DNA of 64,000 bases. It comes from Spirochaetia bacterium (GTDB lineage Bacteria; Spirochaetota; Spirochaetia; DSM-2461). Every line of letters begins with the position of its first letter. Position 1 is the stretch's first letter. The stretch is taken from assembly GCA_963668315.1 (NCBI GenBank), contig OY764216.1, positions 1,056,001 to 1,120,000 on the forward strand, in the 5' to 3' direction. The translations under genes and the position numbers were made by a program. Below, piece after piece: positions 57,357 to 64,000 of the stretch. The notes under the pieces are model-generated. The model was given only the letters and a program-made list of their open reading frames with translations, ran no database searches and had not been told where the DNA came from.

Positions 57357-60083
57357 TTGGATAAGAGTCGATTTATCGTACTATGCTTTTTTGTTGTCCT
57401 GTTAGGGGCATGCGGAGTCCAGGAGAAGGAAACGTCCGCGGATGTAAGGGAGAATGCTGTCGTCGAGGGACCTGCTTTGCCTCCCCCGACTCCCGCGGCA
57501 GAGGAGCAGGAAGCCGCCCCCGCACCGGAAGAGGCTGAGACCGTTTCCTTTGATCTTGCCCTTGTCGGTGCCGACGGAGGCCGGGGAGATGCGGCCGAGG
57601 CCCACGCCGGTTATCTTGATGACGATATGACCTTTATGAATCTGGCCACCGAATGGGAAGGCGATACGGCGGTGGTGGGAAGCAAGGTCGCGCGGTTCTA
57701 TCCCGGTGTGCGGGTGGAAAAGGATGAGGATCTGCCGGCACTTCCCGAGGGAATTCCTCTCCCCTTTGCCGCTCTGATACCCATTAGGGAGAGACTGTCC
57801 AATCCTGAGGGGGATTATTACGGATTTTTCGAATTTGAGGATAACTACAACTATTTTTATTTGACCGAATGGGAAGGGCAGCAGGGAATCGTCTTCGGGG
57901 CGGATCTGGCGGGGCTGAATGCTTCGACAGAGAAAAATCTCCTGACCGCTTCCATGTATGCCGGCGGAAGCCGTTATGAGGAGTTTCCCCCCTATGCGGG
58001 TTATTATCCCCTGGCGGATAATGAGATTGATACTCTGGAGAAAAATCGTTTGGCCCTTCAGCGTGTCCGCAAGAAGGAGTATTACCTTAGCCTGGAAAGG
58101 CCTGACGATATGATTTCCCTTTATATGAATACGGCCCGGGACAAGTATACGCCCCTGTTCATCACCACCGACCTTGTCTCCCAGGGACTGCATCTTTTCT
58201 TCGATCAGTTTCTGCAGCAGACGGAGGAGAAAATCTTCATTCCCCGATTAGGCCGGCTGACCGGAGTCTTTCTTGACCGTCTGGAAGAATCGGATGTGAC
58301 GGAGGACGCCGATGATGCCTATGGTAAGGCCGTGAATACCCTCATAACCTATTTTCAGGTCGCCGACTGTCTCATCAAACTGGCTCCGGAAATCCATATT
58401 GCCAAAGAGGACTGGGGGGAGGAGAAGATCGAATATACTGAACCTGACCGGGACACGGTGCTGGCCCTTTATCCCGAAAAGGTACGGGAGGAGGTGGAGC
58501 TTATCTGCAACGCCGCCGGTTCGGCCCTTTCTCCTTCGTTTCAGTACGAGGAGGATTATTCCCAATACAAACCAAGAGGACATTATACCAAAAACGGCGT
58601 ACTCGAGGCTTACTTCAGGACAATGATGTGGTTCGGACGGATTCATTTCTATATGAGCGACGGACAGGAGGCCGTCATATCCGATGACAGCGAGGCCATG
58701 ACTCAGGGAAGTGCCGCCTCTCTCTCTCTGGACACTCTTCCCATGGTGGCGGTGGCAACGGATATCGCCGTGAAAAATCCCGACCTCTTTCAGGACTGGA
58801 AGCTGTTGTTCGATCCCATAACCGACCTGATCGGGATGAGCGATGATCTCTCCTTCTATGAGGCCATGCCCTTTTTCGAGGGGCTGCATATCGAGGACCT
58901 GAGAGCCTGGACCAACGATGTGGAACAGGTTTCTGTGGCGATTCTCAAGGCCCGGGAAGAACTCCGGTCTCCTCTTATCGCCGGTAATTCTGTCTGGGAG
59001 GCGCCGTCGGGGGAGGGGCGCACACCGCCGATGGGGTGGCGTCTTTTCGGCCAGCGTTTTACCTGGGATTCCTATGTCCACCAGCTTGTCTCGCCCCCCC
59101 GGCTGATGAGCCGGGATATCGTACGGGGGCTGGACATCATGAAGGCCTTCGGTTCCCGTACGGCGGACAATCTGCTACGGATTTCCGATTATCCGGAAAT
59201 GGCGGGACTGGAAGAGACTCTGGGAAAAATAGAGGAGGAATTTGAGGCGAAGGATGAAGCCTTCTGGAAGGAAAGCTACTACAACAGCACCCTGGCCATG
59301 ATCCGTGCCCAGGCCTGTTTCGAGCCGGGAGCGGGGTTCTACTTTACCGAGTCCCCCCTCTGGGGAATTAAATCCCAGATTTCGGCCCACGGCACATGGG
59401 CCGCTCTCCGTCATGATACCATTCTTTATGTCAAGCAGGTCTATGCCGAAAGAGCGGGAGACGGCGACTTCAACCCCACATTCCGTACCGAACCCTTGCC
59501 GCTTCCGGTTCACTATATTGAACCGAACCTTCCCTTTTTCGACGCGGCTCTGTCTGCGGTCAGGGAAATTCGGGAATCGGGGAGGAAATACGGGTTTATC
59601 GGTGAGGATTACGAAGAGAAGCTTGCTTCCTGGGATAAGCTGCTCGCGCGGATGACCGATATCGCCTATCTGGAATATAAGGACGAAGAGGTGGCTCCGA
59701 ATGATGTGGAATGGATAAGGACCATTCCCCAGCAGCTGGTTCCTCTGGTTCTCGCCCCCGAAATGAACTACGCATCCTACGTGGAGGACGAGGACATTCT
59801 CAAGAGCGCCATCGTGGCCGATGTTTTTACGAATGCGGAGCAGGGTGTCGCCCTGGAAGTGGGAACGGGAATTCCCTACCGCTTGCTGGTGGCTTTGAAC
59901 GACGGTCAGGGAAGGAAGAGGATCGCCGTGGGATTCACCTTCAGTTACTTTGAGTTTCTTGTGGGACAGTCGGAGCGTATGACCAATGAAGAGTGGAGGG
60001 AAATCGTCTATCCCGGAGATGAAAATATGGATGAGTACCTTCCGTTCTGGAGCAAGGGGCTCATGCTGGAAGCCCGTCCGTAA
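57357..60083 (+). CDS. DUF3160-domain lipoprotein
   Basis: Lipobox LLGAC; PLFITTD, EDYSQYKPRGHYT, YFRTMMWFGR, GQRFT.DS, WAALRHDTILYVKQ, VADVFT, FSYFEF, RMTNEEWR. Confidence 0.85.
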   Translation: MDKSRFIVLCFFVVLLGACGVQEKETSADVRENAVVEGPALPPPTPAAEEQEAAPAPEEAETVSFDLALVGADGGRGDAAEAHAGYLDDDMTFMNLATEWEGDTAVVGSKVARFYPGVRVEKDEDLPALPEGIPLPFAALIPIRERLSNPEGDYYGFFEFEDNYNYFYLTEWEGQQGIVFGADLAGLNASTEKNLLTASMYAGGSRYEEFPPYAGYYPLADNEIDTLEKNRLALQRVRKKEYYLSLERPDDMISLYMNTARDKYTPLFITTDLVSQGLHLFFDQFLQQTEEKIFIPRLGRLTGVFLDRLEESDVTEDADDAYGKAVNTLITYFQVADCLIKLAPEIHIAKEDWGEEKIEYTEPDRDTVLALYPEKVREEVELICNAAGSALSPSFQYEEDYSQYKPRGHYTKNGVLEAYFRTMMWFGRIHFYMSDGQEAVISDDSEAMTQGSAASLSLDTLPMVAVATDIAVKNPDLFQDWKLLFDPITDLIGMSDDLSFYEAMPFFEGLHIEDLRAWTNDVEQVSVAILKAREELRSPLIAGNSVWEAPSGEGRTPPMGWRLFGQRFTWDSYVHQLVSPPRLMSRDIVRGLDIMKAFGSRTADNLLRISDYPEMAGLEETLGKIEEEFEAKDEAFWKESYYNSTLAMIRAQACFEPGAGFYFTESPLWGIKSQISAHGTWAALRHDTILYVKQVYAERAGDGDFNPTFRTEPLPLPVHYIEPNLPFFDAALSAVREIRESGRKYGFIGEDYEEKLASWDKLLARMTDIAYLEYKDEEVAPNDVEWIRTIPQQLVPLVLAPEMNYASYVEDEDILKSAIVADVFTNAEQGVALEVGTGIPYRLLVALNDGQGRKRIAVGFTFSYFEFLVGQSERMTNEEWREIVYPGDENMDEYLPFWSKGLMLEARP

Positions 60084-60974
60084 ATGATGAGAGTAAAAGA
60101 GCTGCTGCTCTGCTTCTCCCTTTTGCTCCTGGCCGGATGCCGGGAGGAAGGGATAGGGGCCGCGGAAGACCCCTACCTTACCTGGGACCTCAAGGGGGAT
60201 TCCTATCCCTCCTTGCCGGACGTGGAGATGGGACGTCTTCCCGAGGGGGAAGCTTTTCCTGTCGCAGGCATCGTTAGCCACCACCTTCTGGCGGGGGAGC
60301 TGATCGATGACTGGTTCCGTGAGCTGGCCCGCAGGCGGAAGGTCGAGCGTTTTTTCATCCTCTCTCCCCGGCACTGGGATCTCGGGACGGGAGACTACTC
60401 CCTGACCGCCGAAAGCTGGCTGACCGCACGGGGCAAAGTGAAAGCCGATGGGGACGTGGTCGATCGGCTCGCGGAGGAACTTGACTGTGAAGTGGACAGG
60501 GAGGTCTTTGTCATGGAGCACGGAATCGAGACTCTCATCCCCTTTATCAAGAAATATTTCCCCGATGCGAAGGTTGTTCCCCTCAACTACCGGGGGGAGG
60601 CCCCTGTCAATATGCCCGTGGTCAACCGGCTGTGGAAAAGCCTTTCCCCCTATTTTGAAGGGGCCGGGGCAGAGGAGAATTTTCTTCTTATCTCCAGTGA
60701 TTTCGCCCATCATGGGGATTTTGAAGGCACCCGCATAAAGGATGAGCGGACGGATCGGTTTATGGAGAATCCGGGCCGTACAAACTGGATTTTCGCCGGC
60801 TGTGATAACCGCCCCGGCATTTATCTCCTGGCTTCCCTGGCCGATCGGATGACATCCCCCGAAATGGGCATTCTCTACCACAGTAATTCCTACGAATTGT
60901 CCGGAAAGGATGCCCGGGACATCACCAGTTATTTTTTTACTTTTCTCTTTGAGAGACAGGAAGGCGCACTCTGA
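60084..60974 (+). CDS. Memo-family (AmmeMemoRadiSam protein B-like) lipoprotein
   Basis: Lipobox LLAGC; AGIVSHH, LSPRH, EHGIE, ISSDFAH, GCD, TSYF Memo/LigB-fold motifs. Confidence 0.82.
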   Translation: MMRVKELLLCFSLLLLAGCREEGIGAAEDPYLTWDLKGDSYPSLPDVEMGRLPEGEAFPVAGIVSHHLLAGELIDDWFRELARRRKVERFFILSPRHWDLGTGDYSLTAESWLTARGKVKADGDVVDRLAEELDCEVDREVFVMEHGIETLIPFIKKYFPDAKVVPLNYRGEAPVNMPVVNRLWKSLSPYFEGAGAEENFLLISSDFAHHGDFEGTRIKDERTDRFMENPGRTNWIFAGCDNRPGIYLLASLADRMTSPEMGILYHSNSYELSGKDARDITSYFFTFLFERQEGAL

Positions 60975-62421
60975 CGGAGGGAGCCCGGTAGAACCTGACT
61001 CCCGGCTGTTTCCATCCTTCTTCTCCCAGTCCGCTTTTCCTTGAGAGTGTACGGAGAAACTGACGGCGGGAGAGATTCCTTTCCTGGGCCAGAGAGGCCT
61101 GAAGGAGGGTCCGCTCTCCCTCGTATTCCAGTATAAGGCTGTCCAGAGAGGGTATGAAGTCTTCCGGGGAGTCAAGGGGAGTAAAATCTCCGAAGAGAGT
61201 TACTTCCACGTCCAGATCCTCCAGCTCATCGGCTCTGACAGGTTCATAGCGGGGATCATGGAACGCCGCCTCGGCTACGGCCGTGCCTATCATGGCCGAC
61301 GGGTTTTCAATACCCCGGTAGTAGGCAATACAGCCCCGGTCCTCATAACGTGAGATAAACCGCACGGCCAGCCCCCGTTCCGCTCCGGAAAGGGCAGGCC
61401 CGGAATCGGGTTCACCGCTTTTCATTCCGGATAAATCTTCCGTGAGAATTTGGGCGGCCTGCCGGGCCAGTTTCTCAAGCTGCTTTTCGGGAAACTCCCG
61501 GCGAAGTTCTTCATTCTCCCTCCGGGCCCGCAGCATATTCCCGGTGATCTCCGCCATCGTATCATCGGTGGGAATCAACGGAAGGGAGATAAGTTCCTGC
61601 CAGAAAAGGGCGGGGGCCATATCCCAGAGGGCTGCTCCGGGTGCGAAAAAAGCGGAGAAGTCCGTTTTTATTCCCCTTTCCTTCCACTCTGACCATCGGC
61701 GTAACTCCTCATTTCCCTCCGGCCGGGGGCTCATTTCACCTCCGGCCATTAGAATCCTGCGATTACTGCCGAGCCTTTTCAGCGAGTGGGCGAACCACTT
61801 CCAGGCCAGAGAGGCTTCCGGCTGATAGGCGGCCGAAAAGGCCACGGTCAGGACAGGGGGATTCAGTTTATCGATAAAATCCAGCATTTCATCAAGAAAA
61901 TCCTCGGGAGAGTCTCCCGGATCGACGGTCAGAATATCCAGATCCAGACTCAGAGCCACCGGGCCAGAGAATTGTCCCGCAGCGTAAAGATCATTCAGGT
62001 CGGACCAGTCTATGATGTGCACGGCCTCTCTTTTTCTCGCCCCTATGTGGGGGGGATCCTCTCCGGTTTTTCGGTTGAGCCAGGCCAGCCGGGCATTGCG
62101 GTTGGGGAGAAGGAGATCCCGCCCCGAGACCCAGTACACGTCTCCTATCATTCCCCCGTCGACCAGCCCTCCCAGCCAGTTAAAGCTCGTAACGTCCCAT
62201 TCCCCGGGGGGAAGATAAAGGGAAGAGGGGCCGGGGCCCATATCGTGGTGATAATCGAGGAGGATCAGGGTCGCCGGGGCCTCCTTTTCCAGATGGCTGA
62301 GCAGATAGGGGTAGGAGCCGGAATGCCTGTCGCTGACGAAAACTTCTCCCCCGGGTCGGCAGGAGAGAAGCAGTACAAGGGGAAGAAGGATTAGTATTTT
62401 TTGAGTCATGGATAATTTCAA
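60937..62421 (-). CDS. Lipoprotein: arginase/UPF0489-like metallo domain fused to a C-terminal AMMECR1 domain
   Basis: Lipobox LLLSC (start 62421 TTG or 62409 ATG); LLDYHHD and SLDLD; AMMECR1 motifs RGCI, AAFHDPRY.PV...EL.DL.VEVT, FL..L.RKSGL. Confidence 0.78.
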   Translation of the reverse strand: MKLSMTQKILILLPLVLLLSCRPGGEVFVSDRHSGSYPYLLSHLEKEAPATLILLDYHHDMGPGPSSLYLPPGEWDVTSFNWLGGLVDGGMIGDVYWVSGRDLLLPNRNARLAWLNRKTGEDPPHIGARKREAVHIIDWSDLNDLYAAGQFSGPVALSLDLDILTVDPGDSPEDFLDEMLDFIDKLNPPVLTVAFSAAYQPEASLAWKWFAHSLKRLGSNRRILMAGGEMSPRPEGNEELRRWSEWKERGIKTDFSAFFAPGAALWDMAPALFWQELISLPLIPTDDTMAEITGNMLRARRENEELRREFPEKQLEKLARQAAQILTEDLSGMKSGEPDSGPALSGAERGLAVRFISRYEDRGCIAYYRGIENPSAMIGTAVAEAAFHDPRYEPVRADELEDLDVEVTLFGDFTPLDSPEDFIPSLDSLILEYEGERTLLQASLAQERNLSRRQFLRTLSRKSGLGEEGWKQPGVRFYRAPSVRVRLPVSQREK

Positions 62422-62436
62422 CGGGTTGTAAGATTC

Positions 62437-64000
62437 CTAAACAGAGATCCGCAGTCCTTTGTTCTGCCTGTGCTTCTCCATCGCCCGGTTTAAGAGATAG
62501 TAGACCGCGGGCACGACGAAAAGAGTCATGAACGTGCTGGAAAGAAGGCCTCCCACCATGGTCTGCCCTATGGGCTGTATCTGTTCGGCCCCTTCCCCGG
62601 GGAAAAAGGCCATGGGAACCATTCCCAGAATGGTGGTAAGACTGGTCATGAGAATGGGCCGCATGCGATGGGCTCCCGCGTCCAGGCAGGCCTTTCTGAG
62701 AGGTGTGCCCCGTCTTCTGAGGATGTTGGTATAGTCCACCAGTACGATGGCATTGTTGACGACAATCCCCACCAGGGCCACAATTCCCACCGCCGCATAG
62801 GTGCTGAAAGGCTGTGCGGTTATGGCATACATAGCCGATACGCCGATGAGCAGCAGGGGTATGGAAAAAAGGATGATGAAAGGATCCAGAAGCGACTCGA
62901 ACTGACCAGCCATGACGCCGAAAACGAGAAATACGGCAACGGCTACGATGAGAAGAATGGACGAGTTGAATTCCTGCATCTGACGATATTCTCCCCCCAT
63001 CTCTATGGTGACCCCCTCGGGAAGGATGAGCCGTTCATCCAGAATGGAACGGACCAGGGGAGAGAGGTCCGATACGGCTGCGTTCGCCGAGGCATCCGCC
63101 GTGACATGAATGATGCGGGTTCTGTTTTCCCGGGAGATGGAGCTGGGCGAACGGCTTTCGACCAGTTCCGCCACGTTGGACAGGGGAATCCGGCCGCTTC
63201 CTCCGGTGATATAGAAGGAACTCAGATCCGTCAGATTGGAGCGATCCTCTTCCTTCAGGGAGAGGCTGATATTCATCTCCTCGCCTTTCATGCGGAAAGT
63301 CGTGGCCGTTAGTCCGTTGAGAAGGGCTCCGATCTCGTTGCCCAGTGTTGTGATAGAGATGCCGAGAGCGGCGGCCCTGTCCCTGTCTACGGAGATCTGA
63401 AGTTCGGGGCCGCCCGCCTCGAGGCTGGAGACGGGATCCAGCACGTCGGGGACGGTTCTGAGGATTTCCACGATCTCGTCGGCGACCTGCTCGGTCAAAT
63501 CCACATCTTCGGAGAGGACGGATATGTCCACGGCGGAACGGTTCCCGAAACGCCTGCCTGCAGAGAAAGTGAAATTCGCCGAGGGGAACTCCTTCAGATA
63601 ACCCCTGAGAATCGTCATAATCTCTTCGGTGGACTGGGTCTGGAATTCGGGATCGGGAAGGCTTATCTCAATGCTTCCCGAGCTGCCGCCCACCCGGATG
63701 ATGATGTTTTCGTACTCCTTCACCTCCTGCTCAATAATATCCGCCATGGCGAAAAGGTTATCCCTGGTTATATCGGTATTGGTTCCTTCGGGCATGGACA
63801 GACTGATGGTGACCTTGTCGTCGGTGGTCGATCTCATGCTCATATTCATTCCCAGGCCGGTAAAGCTCCGCAGGGCAATGGCGAACAGGACCGATACCAG
63901 AACCAGAACCAGGAATTTGTTATTCAGCACCAGATCCAGGATATTGCGGTATCCGTCTTCAAGGCCGGTGAGGAGCTTCTCGGCCCCGTCGTCTATTCTC
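62437..64000 (-). CDS. RND (AcrB/AcrD/AcrF family) efflux permease, C-terminal part; starts beyond window end
   Basis: QFES..DPFII..SIP, GIVVNNAIVLVD, RMRPILMTSLTTILG..P, GGL; frame is open to position 64000. Confidence 0.93.
   Translation of the reverse strand, partial: RIDDGAEKLLTGLEDGYRNILDLVLNNKFLVLVLVSVLFAIALRSFTGLGMNMSMRSTTDDKVTISLSMPEGTNTDITRDNLFAMADIIEQEVKEYENIIIRVGGSSGSIEISLPDPEFQTQSTEEIMTILRGYLKEFPSANFTFSAGRRFGNRSAVDISVLSEDVDLTEQVADEIVEILRTVPDVLDPVSSLEAGGPELQISVDRDRAAALGISITTLGNEIGALLNGLTATTFRMKGEEMNISLSLKEEDRSNLTDLSSFYITGGSGRIPLSNVAELVESRSPSSISRENRTRIIHVTADASANAAVSDLSPLVRSILDERLILPEGVTIEMGGEYRQMQEFNSSILLIVAVAVFLVFGVMAGQFESLLDPFIILFSIPLLLIGVSAMYAITAQPFSTYAAVGIVALVGIVVNNAIVLVDYTNILRRRGTPLRKACLDAGAHRMRPILMTSLTTILGMVPMAFFPGEGAEQIQPIGQTMVGGLLSSTFMTLFVVPAVYYLLNRAMEKHRQNKGLRISV

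Noticed and set aside
59175..61175. 666-aa antisense ORF across DUF3160/Memo
   Set aside because: Antisense to two motif-bearing genes. Long shadow ORFs are common here (also 15692-16846, 21290-22558, 22607-23890, 52256-53542).
1..64000. CRISPR array, rRNA/tRNA, prophage, integrase or defence island
   Set aside because: No repeat-spacer periodicity, cloverleaf or rRNA signature, or phage/mobility proteins seen by eye; short RNA genes could have been missed.

Overview
This 64 kb window reads as ordinary bacterial chromosome. It is probably from a free-living Spirochaetia member (inferred from the gene repertoire, not tested). I found no rRNA, tRNA, CRISPR array, prophage or recognisable transposase. 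In order it contains: potABC polyamine uptake genes; two divergent paralogous small acidic genes with related structured leaders; RNase D; an ArsR/EFR1-ferredoxin pair; a B12-capture locus (cobalamin riboswitch, two lipoproteins, BtuB-like receptor, beta-propeller lipoprotein, TonB); a 5'-nucleotidase; an NMO/FabK-like flavoenzyme; a YoaP GNAT; an M16 peptidase pair; hemerythrin; a TetR-MFS-ABC efflux cassette; an MCP; an unannotated 28-aa membrane peptide; an operon of DapA-like aldolase, DUF296, TAXI-TRAP, XRE-cupin and CoA-disulfide reductase; chvE-gguAB with DeoR and an orphan sugar ATPase; a PocR-PAS hybrid kinase; paaK; GGDEF/EAL proteins; a paralogous pair of beta-rich exported proteins, one with a FecR domain; a CoADR-rhodanese-TusA-DsrE fusion; a CapA/DUF3160/Memo/AMMECR1 cluster of exported proteins; and a partial RND pump. 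The best candidates for new biology are four. (1) A back-to-back duplicated promoter + structured leader + small acidic protein module at 2089-3053, with one copy translationally coupled to potA, is a candidate polyamine-responsive RNA switch and protein. (2) An exported Memo/AMMECR1 system with CapA and DUF3160 and no radical SAM gene lies at 56355-62421. (3) A type-I-toxin-like 28-aa peptide with a sequestered RBS lies at 26251-26337. (4) A Bacteroidota-style B12 capture locus has a riboswitch that faces away from btuB. All product calls come from motif recognition by eye; no database searches or folding programs were run.
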